Below, piece after piece: positions 22,879 to 34,800 of a stretch of DNA of 64,000 nucleotides. The notes under the pieces were generated by a model. That model was not told the origin of the DNA. It did not search any database and was given only the letters and a program-made list of their open reading frames with translations. The stretch comes from Lytechinus pictus. Its lineage: Eukaryota. The translations under genes were made by a program, and so were the position numbers. The stretch spans positions 29,824,001-29,888,000 of the forward strand of contig NC_087245.1 in NCBI RefSeq assembly GCF_037042905.1, read 5' to 3'. Within the stretch, counting starts at the first letter, position 1; each line of letters starts with the position of its first letter.

Positions 22879-25800
22879 GTAAGTATTCACTCTAATTTAT
22901 GAGATTTTTTAAAAAACTTTTCTGTGATATTTCTTACGAGAGCATGCCAGTTGCCACATGTCGCTTCTTTTAAAATAATTTATCTTGTCTTCAGTCCCAC
23001 GTGCTATAAATTGTGTCTTTAACCATGTTAACTTTCACTTGATTGTGGCTGGCTCGTGGTTTGTGCAGAAAGTTTAAAGAAGAACTGGAAGTAGAACAGT
23101 GGAATTTTTTTCCATGCCCATTTATTATTCAAACGTTGGTGAGACCAATCCTGGAATACGCCACTGGTTCACCCCGACCATTCGCCATACAGAAAAATGT
23201 ACGGGGTGGGATAGACAGCTGGCAGCCGTCTGTTTCGAGGAGTTTTTCAACATTTTTTTATTTTTTTAATTTCTCCTCATACACAGACGGCTCGCTAGCG
23301 TGTCGCCACCATTAGGGGAGGTACAATGCAAATTCCCCCCGACGGGGCTCATCGATTTTTGTCTTTATTTCATAAATATATATGAAAATAAATCAAATGG
23401 ACAAATATGCGAATTAATATTCCCTCTTGGCATTAATTGCCAAAAACCAGGGAAAAATAAAGTTAAAAGGAAAAAAAACAGCGACTTACCGTGGCTGTCG
23501 TGTAGTTCCTAGTTCACTCGTTCATCCGAAGTCGATATAACACACAAACATATGCCGTTGGAAGAACTTCCGGGTCAACTGCGTATCAAAACCATTGGCC
23601 AATCAGATCATCTCTTTTACGTCGGGTTTATGAATACTAAAATTCTAGACGTTTTTTTCCATTTTCCTTTATCTCTTTCTCTTTCGTTTTCTCTCTTTTT
23701 TGTTTTACTTTTCTTTTTATTTTTTATTTCCCCTTTTTTCTATTGTTTCTTTAACTGCTCCTTTCTTTTCCCCTTCTGTAATGTTGACGTAAAGGTCATG
23801 GGGCGGAGTCTGACTTTCGTCGGCCACTTTTTCATGAATTATTCATTACCAAGATGGCTGCCCACTAGTCCGAGTCGCAAGTGTCAACTTTCAGAGTTAA
23901 TCCCCTGATTGCCAATTTTAAAGCGGGAATTTAGGGTAAGAAACTGTCGTTACTTATACATTTTCAGCTATAGGTGCATATGTATGAACTTTTGGTGGAA
24001 AATATCGCGGTATCGAGGAGAAAAACAAGAAATTAGCTGTGGCCATTGAGCCCCTGTACAGACGACTGTTTAACTTCGGTCTATGTATTTGGTGAGTGGA
24101 GCCAACGTAGTTCAGCGGAACAACCAACATAACAGAGACCGAAGCTTTTGGTCTAGGGGTGGGACTGATCTGAGACCAGTGCCGCTAACACTGTCATTTC
24201 TATGTAGGAACGCGCGAAGTAAAAGAGTCTGACTTACCAATTCTTGTGTTGACCCAAATGCAGATTTTGGTTCTACTTTAACAGGATTCCAATGCCCAAT
24301 GAGTCAAATATCGTCCTTCAATTGAAGATTTCTTTCTAAATCGGGTAAAATCATAAGGAAATTTTTCCTTATTCTCGTCTGGTCCATAGTCTCCTACGCA
24401 AGGCTCGACATTAGCGGTGGCCCGGTGGCCCAGGGCCACCAGAAATTCACCTCGGGCAACCATTATTGATAAAATGTTAAGTTTTGGTGGCCCGAATCGG
24501 GCAACCAATAATTTTCAAAGTAGCGCAATTTTTCTCCCGATTTTGCACGCATTTATCAACTTTCTACAGTTCAAATTGCAACCCAGTTCGTCATGCGCCC
24601 TTTGTGTTGATCTACACACAAAGTTTGCATATTAGTAGAGTTACCAAAAGGTCGGCCGATCCACTGAGCAAAATTGCTATGGGCAAATGAAAAGCCAATT
24701 GCAAGTGCGTAAACAGTGTGCATTGCCACCATCGTCTGTTCTCGACGGCAAAAATGAGCATTGAAATGCTTTTCCTCAGCAAATTAGTTCATCTTAGTTA
24801 CAAATGTTATTCCCTGTGCTTTCTATATTAAAATTGACTTATGTGGGATGAAGTGTCTTACCTTCATGTGGTATCGAAAGTGACGTTTGGAGGTTAAATC
24901 CACAAGAAATCCACAGAGTAACGTCGCGTGTATTAGCTATGGAGAAAAATGCGTGCGATCGCATGCGTTGTTGCAAGCTCGAGATGGCGCTGTTGAACTT
25001 GGTCTGGAAATTCATAAAAAATAAACAAAAATCCTTTGAGTAGGCTCACAATAAAATCATAAAAAATATACTTTATGGCTTAAACGGCAGATCTCGTGCC
25101 CACACATATCATACTGACTGTTGCGTAAGAAACCCTTTTTTCATGATAAAAATATAGCAATAAATGTTTTAAAAATAATGTTTTTCACATGGAATATGTT
25201 TGAAACATCTATATTAGAAGAAAAATGTGTTTTTGGAATGAATTCACACTAAAATGATGTTTATACATGCCTGTACTTTTTCATACTACTCAAAAAACTA
25301 AATGGGCCGTCAATCAACGTTGGTTACCTCGGCAAGTAGGCGTGGTCTATCGTGAAGTTCGTTGGTGACTTGTCTCTCTCGCTAGACTTTACTCAGCCGC
25401 CGAATTTAATTCATTCTCCGCGCACGTGCAACTGCAACTTGTGCACTTATCATCACTTCTGGTGTTTGCCGCATTGAGGACAGATGAAACAATTCTGATA
25501 TAGTCGCGCGTGTCCAATGAGTGGAAAAGCGCGATCGTTTCATGATCGAATGAAACAGTGTGCCTGTCGAGATAAAATTCATCTGCCATGTTTTTTCTAT
25601 CATGTTTTATGCAACTGCAAGTTGATTTTTTATTTTATTTTCTTTGATATTTTTCTGTATGAATTTTATTTGAAGTGAATGAATTATGCTGGTGTCCTTG
25701 CCATTGAGGACAGATGAAGATGAAACAATACTGATAGAGTTGTGCGTGTACAAGGAGTGAAACAGCGCGATTGTTTTATGATCGAATGAACAGTGTGCCT

Positions 25801-28800
25801 ATCGACATAAAATTTATCTGTCATGTTATTTTCTATGATGTTTTATACAACTGCAATTAATTTGTTACATTATTTTCTGTGATATTTTCCTGTTTATGTA
25901 TGAATTTTATTTGAAGTGAATTAATAATATTATAAAGATTAATCCAATTAAAACAAAGCAAATAATTGTCGGCTTCATTGTATTCGTGATGAACAAGTTA
26001 AGGTATAAAAAAATGATGCTTATTTTTTTATTTGAATGACTGAGTAAATTTGGAATTGAAAAGAACATTTAGTGTTTCCTGTTCTGTGCATTTTTTTTTT
26101 CATTTCACATTTCTCGGGATGCGAACCTCCACTATATAATTAATGAATACCATTATAAACAAAAATATTAAAAAAATAAAGACTCGCAAAATTTTTAGTA
26201 CTAGTGCAACGGTGATTTGTTGATTTTGTTGTTTCATTTACTGGGAGGCATAGGCGGCGGAAATTTGCAGTGGGGGGGGGGGGGGACGGCCCCCCCCTAA
26301 AATTGGGGTTGATAACCTTTTTTTTTTTTTTTGCTTGTCAAATTATTTTTTACCTGTGTCCATCACAAAATTTCAGGTAGACCCCCCCCCCTTGGCTTCC
26401 GCCGCCAATGCTGGGAGGTACGACAGACAAATACCCGGTGTAGATCAATTTTTTTCCAATGGGGGGGGGACAACAATTTTTTTCCCTGATCGGCGCCGTT
26501 AAAAGCCGATTTTTTTTTCTTTAACAAAACGGCACGATCTAACTTTTCTTTTTAATTTTCGCACCGCCAGTAAGAGGGGGTGCCGCCGCCCATAATTGGG
26601 TCCGGCACCTGGATCTGCCTATGGAATGGATGAGGAATAAGGAAAGGGGAGAAAGATAAAGGTGTCCCCTCCCGTAATATATCAAATATTTGTTAGTGGA
26701 TTTTGTCGTTCATTCTCAGATGAGGACTTATTTTTCAACTTTTCCCAGGAATTTTGTGTATGGAATGATTTTTTTCCTAGCAAAATTTCTAGTATACTAG
26801 GTCTTGTTTATTTTTTGTATTGAATGCCCCACTTTGGAAAATCCTGGATCAGCCCCTGTCGAAGGTGTATATAGATTAAACTAAACTAAACTTGAATAGG
26901 GCTCCACATTGATGATTTTCAAAATTTAGCCATTTCCTATTTTCCCAGTTTAACACTGTGAGGTGAATAATTCAAATGCTTTCACCATCGCTACCATAGA
27001 AGGATCCAGAGGGGCCGGTCACCCCCCCCCCCTCTGTTGGCGGATTAAAGACAAAAAAATGGAGAAGGAAGAAGAAACAGAAGGAAAAGAGAGGGGAAAA
27101 GGAAGAGGGGGGAAGGGAGGGAGAAAAGTGAATAAAACTAGGGAGGGGAGACTTTGATGATTAAAAAAAAACATCACATTGCTCATTTTCGATGAGCTAT
27201 ACATATTGCTCAATAGGCTGATATATATGAGCTTGACATTTCAAGCTTTGCAGTCAAAATACAAAACATATACTGTACGGTCAGCTAGGATATTTCATTA
27301 TTCTTTTTTATTTATACCTCGGTCACATTTGCTCTACGGCGGCCGTACGGAGAGTCGAAAGCAGCCGTTTTATTCATTTTTATTCAAACCACCTATATTA
27401 AGCTGGTACAAAAAAAATGTTAAAACGACTGTTTTCGACTCGCCGTACGGCCGCCATAGAAAAAATGTGACTGAGGTATAACGAATCAATAAAAAGTGCT
27501 TTGTAAAATATTTGTTTTATGATCCGAGTATCAACATTTTTAGCTCACGCTGTGCCCTATAGCATTATTTGATTTGTGGAGTACCTCCTCTTCGTGTAGG
27601 CCCTATTCCATAAATTTCTCAAAATATAACTTTTAAGGTCTGATTGTCATATCTTATCAGCTATATTGCGCGCACGTGCTAGAATTGGTGAGTCATGTAT
27701 ACCTAATATATATAAATCAAAGTACTCACATTCCCCTTTTCATTACAATTTTTTTAGTTAATAATAAGTTTATTAAATTAAAAATTTGCTCGCAATTGCC
27801 GTTCGCATTAATTTCGTTAAGTACGTTAATTAATGCATCCTATTCATAATGACAAAAGTGCTTATAATCTCCGAGGTTAACACTTTAAAATTGACAAATT
27901 TAGCGCTCTCATTAGGCTTATTAGATTAGTAAATAAGATATTGATAACATTTCATTAATTCCTAATACCGTAATTAAGTTGTCACTTTTTTCAGAATGGA
28001 AGATCGACATGTCTTTTTGCGCTTGGGAAGAGGAATCGGAAGACAGTCATTCATAATGATGAAAAAATGTCCTTAGAATGTCCCGGTCCTACGGTCCAGA
28101 ATAACTTCAGCTCGACATGCTTTGCATTCGCCTCATTTTTAAGAGCAATCCATGTCCACTTCACGATTATTTTCCTACACAGTGCAGTGCTTAATTTGAC
28201 CTTTTCACATCGGAATATCCAATATTTTCAGTTCGCGCTTCGCGCTCGCATTATTGATTTCCGTGATAAAAAGTGTATTAAGAATGCGCAAATTCTAGAA
28301 CATGCATGTTTATTGAGACGGGCTGCTTATCCTGTATTGAAAACAGCATGCTTAAATTATCTCGCTTCAGATTAGAATATCAAAAATTTTCTTCTCGCGC
28401 TTGCATTATACAAGTAAAGGTGTAACCAAGTACCCATCCTTTTCACGATTTAGAAAACATGAATATAAAATAGTGTTCCTTTTTTAGGTCTATATATCTC
28501 AATTTTTATCCGCTCACGCTTCGTGCTCCCACTTTGTACCTAAAATATTACTTAGGCCCTATTCTGTTCTGTTCATACACAAAGTGCTTGGAATGTCCAT
28601 TTTTATGGTCAGAATTTCAAACATTTTTAGCTCGCTTTGCGCTCGCATTATTTTGATTGAACTGTAAACCGCCATTAGCAAGTCCCTCTTCGATCAGACC
28701 AGAATGTATATTTCTCTCTTTTCTTTCTTTTTTTGCTCCTCCTTCGCGCTCGCAGAAATTTTATTAAAATACGCATATTGTTCAAGTTCACAAACATTGC

Positions 28801-31800
28801 CCAGAATGTTCAATTTTGAGGATAAAAAACATGAAATTTCAAAGATATTTTAGCTCGCGCTTCTCACTCGCACTATAGGGGCTATGAGATTATTATATAT
28901 TGTGTTTTGTGTATGCTGTTTAATGAGAATAAAGAAGTGACTGTTAGGACTACCCCTATTAACTTTGAGCAGAGCAAATATTTTTCGGCCCCTTCCCCGG
29001 TTTATTTCTAATTTGTTTAATTGCCAACTCGTCTACTATCGTTTGGTCCATCAGTTCGTCAACTCACCACATAGTCTTTTTTTCATTTAGTATAATGCCA
29101 TTTCGTCTAATGACCAGTGGACCCAAAAGCCATTTGGTCCATATACCATTTCATCTAATTGGACTATAAATGTTATGAAAATAAAATGGCTATTAGACCA
29201 ACCGGTTATGTGACTAAATGGTCATAGACGAGATGGTTATTAGATGAAGTGATGATTGGACCAAATGGTTAATGGACCAATGGCTGTTAGACGAAATGTT
29301 GATGGACAGATTGGCATTAGACTTATTGAAAATAGACCATGTAGTGAGTGGACGAGTTTGCCGTAGACGAATTGGCACCCCCCCCCCTATTGGCGATACC
29401 GCCCATGCACTACTACTTCTTTCTTATCTCATCCTTTTCATGATATATAAAACATGAATAGAGTGTCCCATTTTTAGGTCTAAATCTCGATTTTTTTTCC
29501 GCTCGCTCTTCGCGCTCGCATTAATTGTTTTATAGCGACGATCCTGTTCATGGTTACAATTGATTTAAATTTTCCATTCTTTATGTAGAAGTGTCCCCCC
29601 AAAAAAATCGGCTCGCGCTTGCATGATTTTATTGTTGAAATATGTAACGTCTCCCCATGGCTAAGTGAAATAAGCAGTCCTTAACAGGTACCTTTTTGAT
29701 CAGTTGAAAACGTAAACAAAAATCTTACGCTCGCGCTTTAACAAAGATCGGAAATTTGATATCCTTTCCATGCATGATTTAAAATACATGAATAGACATG
29801 TCTTGTTTTTAGGTCTAAATCTTCCAATTTTGTGCTCGCACTTCGCATCAATTGCTAAGTTATATACCTATCCTGTTTAAGTTACAAAAAGTGCCTATTA
29901 TTTCAATTCTGCTCGCGCTTCGCGTTCTTAGTAATTATTTAGTTGCATACACATCTTTTTCATGATAAACATTGCCCAGAAATTTCAAACTTTGGGGAAA
30001 AAACACATATTTTTTAATGATAAATTAGCTCGCGCTTTGCGCTCGCATTATATAAAAAAGAGTTATGATATTATATATTTATGTTGATTTATAAGACAAA
30101 AGCTAAGAAGTGACATTTTATTCAAAGAAACAAACATAAATCATCTTCGCGCGGCCGATTGGGGAAAAATATGGGTGAAAGAAACCCCCCCCCCCCCTTG
30201 GCGAAAGCTGGATCCACCCTTCATCCTATTTATTTCTCTCCTTCCATCCATCTCTCCATTCTTCCAGGAACCGAGGAATAGTTTTGAAAGTGGGGTTAAA
30301 CATGAAAAATTGATTTTTTTTTTTTTTTTTTTTTTTTTTGGGTATTTTTACCAATAAAATCATTAATGAAAATAATTCGGTACAAAAATCTATGTAATTC
30401 TTCTTCCTGTTTTAAACTACTTGAAAAAAAAAACTGGGAGGGGGGGGGGGGTTGGCCATACCGCCACTGCTAGTAATATGATTATACCATCCGTCACTAT
30501 AAAGATGCTTTGAAGAAAAAATGTTCAAATTTTTGAGATAATCATGAGGATTGCCCGAAAAGAAATCTTTTAAAGAGGGGTTGCTGGCTTTGAAAAAAAA
30601 GCCAAAAGAAAGAGATTATCTCTCTAAAGATAAGTTGATTTTGGTCGAATATCATACTAAACTGATTTCCAGGGGGTGCTGCCTCTGGTGCAGGGGCGGC
30701 GATCCAGGGGATAGGCGCGGGCTCAATGCCCCGCTTCTAAAAGCACTAAAAAGTGCCCCTTTTCTGTTCCCCCAACTTCGCTCCACTCCCCCTGCCGTAC
30801 GTGTACAAAAAACGCACCACCAGCCAAAAAAAAATAAATCTTGGGGGTAACTACCCGAGCACCCCACTTCTTAGGGCCATATACAAGGATTCTAATTCAT
30901 TAATTTTAAAGAAAGCATGAGACATCATATGTTGAAAAAAAATTAAAGAGACCTATTAATGACTGCATGTGGTCCCACCGTTACGCTAGATCTGTGCACA
31001 AAATTGCTTTTATATGACACGCAAAAGGGATAGATCTTAGTGGAAAAGTGGGATAAAGCAAACAAGTTTTAGAGACTGCCTTTATTGGCGTTCAATAATA
31101 TGGGTGATATGATACAAATTCTGCTAGTTTATTCGTACTATTATTTCTGGCCATTGTACTTAGATCTATATTTTATTGTGGAAACATTAAAAAAAAATTA
31201 TGATACAAATCGAGCGAGGCAAGTACAATGATATGGGGCAGAGTTCCAAGTCTTCATGCCCCAGACTGAATATATTTTGACATCAACTTTCTCTAAAAAC
31301 AAGTGTTATGTTTTATTTTGTATTATTCATTTTTAAGTATAAGGTTAAATTATAAGTCTCGGAGTGTCAGTTAATGCTGCAAAAGATGTATAAGGCCTAC
31401 TCTTTTGCAGCACTATCCAGCTACCGCGGCGAGGACGCCCTCCGAGAAGGTAGCCATATCAAAACTAAAAACAAAAAATTCCCCTTAGATTACTGGTGGA
31501 TCCAAGGGGCATAATTATCGAGAGCCAAAATTGTAATTTGTAACATTAGCATGCCCTTTTTACCCAAGCATGCCCCCTTGAAAGTGAGGATATATATATA
31601 TATATATATATAGGCCCAATTTTTTTGCTTGTAAATTTTTAGGGACGAAATGACTTTGAATTTTTTGTAAAAACATTTTGTAATGCTTATCAAATTTGCA
31701 TCGGGAAAATATGCCCTCCATAGGCCCCCCACCAAAAAAAAAGTTTATCAACCCAAATTTTAGGGGAGACCACATGAAATTTTTAGGGGGGGGGGTCCAC

Positions 31801-34800
31801 TGGAATTTAGGGGGCACGCAGGAAAAAAAATTGTCAAGCAAAAAATAAGGTTATCAACAAAAAAATTAGGGGGGGGGCGATTGTCCCCCCACCTCAAATT
31901 CAGGGGGGACACGACCCCCCCCCCCCGCTGCCTATGGGGGGACGTTGTTACCCTTTTTTTGCTAATTTTTTTTTCGGTCCCCCCCCCCTTTGATAACCTT
32001 TTTTTGTCAAAGATTTTGGTGCCCCCCTAAATTTTTTGACTGCCGCCGCTAATAGTGCCCCCCCCCCCCTTTGGAAAATCCTGGACCCTCCCTTGCCTAG
32101 ATATAGATGTTTAAAGAATTAATTATTTTGAAAGTCAGAGTGCCCCCGCCCCCCATGCTTTAGTTATCATGGCATAAAACTTGTCATATCTAATCCTTAT
32201 ATCAGCAAGAGGTCACAGCATACTATCCGTCACCAAACGACTGCATTTGAGCCATTTATTTTCTCTTTTCTCTTCTTTCTATTTTTTGTTGTTATTTAAT
32301 CATTGTTTATTTGGATAAGCTCGGATCCGAGACTAACTGGGACGGTGAACGCACTTTCGTTCGAGTTGTGTATTTACGTAACAATACGCCGAGGCGAGAA
32401 AGGACACGCCCACAATCCCTCGTTCAGTGCCGAGCTCTGTGAATACGTGTCGACGAAATTTCAAAATTAAATTTGTACACAAATCTGTCACAATTCGGAC
32501 CAACTTTAGCCTCAGATTAACAGATATTTAGATCTCTTTGGAACACTAAAAGTCATTCACTTGGGGTTTTTGAATATGCTGATTCAGGTGAGGTACTTTT
32601 CAATACTTTTAAACATAGATTTAAAAAAATAGATTTTCGTTTGGGGATCCCTAATATTAGGCCTACAGCTATAGCATACAGTAGCTATTATCTAGCCAGC
32701 CGCGCCGGCCGGCTGGTGTGAGCTTTGCATGAAGCCACTGCATACAGCTGTGCTCTAGATCTAGCTCAGCCTGTTCAGACTCCGGGAGCCGCGATAAAAA
32801 ATGTTGCTGCTAAGAAATCTTCCACAGAACTTTGAAAATCTGAGTCAAAGTCACATTTTACACCAATGAAATGACATTCTACAGTCTATATTACAAAAAA
32901 TTGGTGTACCCTGATTATTTGCAAGCATTAAGAAGAGGAATTATGACCTCTCTTTTGACTACAAAAGACCGATTTCCAAATGCATTAATACACATAAAAC
33001 ACATCGGTGAGTAAATCACAGTCCCACGTGTGCATTTGTATGTATGCTGATACTTGGCTTCTTTCGAAGCTGTGTCTTTTCTAGCCAAAAATAAACAGAC
33101 AGTTTCTTTCTTTCTTGTTTATAAATGACTTCTTAAACCACTCTTGAGAAAGTAAATACTTTGGGAAGGCATTTCATTGATATGAAATGTGAATTTTTCC
33201 AACATTTTGGCAAATATAGGGAAGGACTTTTCTCACACTTTTTTTCCAGATATAGTTTTCTTCTTATTTTTTTTCTTTCATTTTTTTACAGTGGTTAAAC
33301 CATTTATACCCCTTCCCATTGAATATGCTTGATAAAAAATGTTTCTACTGAAAATAAAGTAATGCAAACTAAAGGATATGAAAATAGAAATGTGCCATTC
33401 CCAGAAGGTAAGTGAAAATTATTTGCTTGGCTTTTAATTATATTCCAGTCAGAATAGACTGTTGCCACAGCTGTTAAAAAATATTCGTAATGGCTTCTTA
33501 ATTTTCCCCTTTTCCCCATGTTTATATTAATTTGTTTTTATTCATTTTTCTTTCACTTTTCTTTTTTTCTCTCTAAATTTTTTCTTTTCTTTTTTTCCCT
33601 GTTCTTTGTTTTTTCTTTCTTCCTTTTCTTTCTTTTGTTTTATTTCACTTATTTCTTTTATTATTTTTGTTTTCTTTTTGTAATATACTTTTTGAAAATT
33701 ATTTTCATTTGTTTCCCCCTTTTATGCATTGTTCTAATTTTGCAGCATATTTTTCTGTGATTTTCTCCTGCTATAATATGCTGCAAAAGAGAAAACAGAA
33801 ATAAACTGGATTTGGGGCCTGCATAATCTAGGTTTTAGGATTCAAAGAGGAAGAAATGAAAAACCATTGTTTTGTACATCTATCTGAGTTTGCTATGCAC
33901 TATTTATTTACTTTACCATTATGAGTGTGTGTCTATACGGAGATAAAAAAAAAGTCCACACAACCTGCGAGCAATAAAATTCATTTATTCTCTTTCAATC
34001 ATTTCATTTTTACAACGATAGAAACAATTTATATTTTACCACAAGCCAATTAGCAAAGTAAAATAACAGCAAACAAGGTTTACATACAAGATGATAAAGT
34101 GAAAGTAACTTAATGGTAGTGGCTGCAGAATTAATATTTCAGAAGTTTGTTTTATTAATTTTTAATGTGTTTCTCTATATTTTTCGGGCCACCAAACTTT
34201 AATATCGGGCCACCAAAAAAAATTATTTGATGGTTTTGGTGGCCCGAACGGGCCACCACCAAAAAAAGTTAATGTGGAGCCTTGTCCTACGTAAGTCTTT
34301 CAGCACGCCCTCTTGTGCTGAATAAAAGAAAGCTAGCCACTGAACAGTGGCGACCACAGAGCTGGTTACAATAGGCTCCTACCCGTTTCCGGTGAAGCAT
34401 AATAATACTAATAGGAAGCTCCGTGATCCGGGGACTGTAGTCTTTTTCTCACCTGACACCACTAACGTACCTAAGGGGCAGGGAGGGCAGACTGCACCCC
34501 CTGACGAGTCACAACTCATGCAAGGGACGTACCCCTGCCCCCCTGACGAGTCACAACTGATCCCTGTGACGAGCCACAAGTGGCCCCCTCTTTTGAACTT
34601 GAAGACTTTTTTTTTTTCTTTTTTTTTTCAAATTTTTAGGCGTACGAATTTGCCCCCCCTTTGGAAAATCCTGGGTACGCCACTGCCTGACACTCAATAT
34701 TTTGTTCACTATTTTTTTTTTACAGAAGAATTATTGTTGTCACAGGCGGCGGAGGGGGGGGGGGGTACACATTCAATACCCCTTAAATTTCAGGAGGAGG

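Larger units (their letters stand above)
24399..34284. mobile_element. ~9.9-kb non-coding TIR transposon with 7-bp TSD (P-element- or hAT-like) containing many nested repeats
   Basis: TIR caaggctcgacatta / taatgtggagccttg; TSD tcctacg at 24392-98 and 34285-91; ggtggcccg and cggg(c/a)acc subterminal repeats at both ends. Confidence 0.8.

Noticed and set aside
23120..23165. Coding exon TLVRPILEYA
   Set aside because: Tiny CR1/L2 LINE remnant with no gene context.
23840..23935. First exon of NMD3
   Set aside because: The in-phase MEY ATG exon lies upstream at 22838-22878, and this segment belongs to an interspersed repeat.
27500..30060. CRISPR-like repeat-spacer array
   Set aside because: Eukaryotic context, degenerate repeats, irregular and partly homologous spacers, no cas genes.
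33518..33760. Phe-rich membrane-protein ORF
   Set aside because: T-rich low-complexity sequence.
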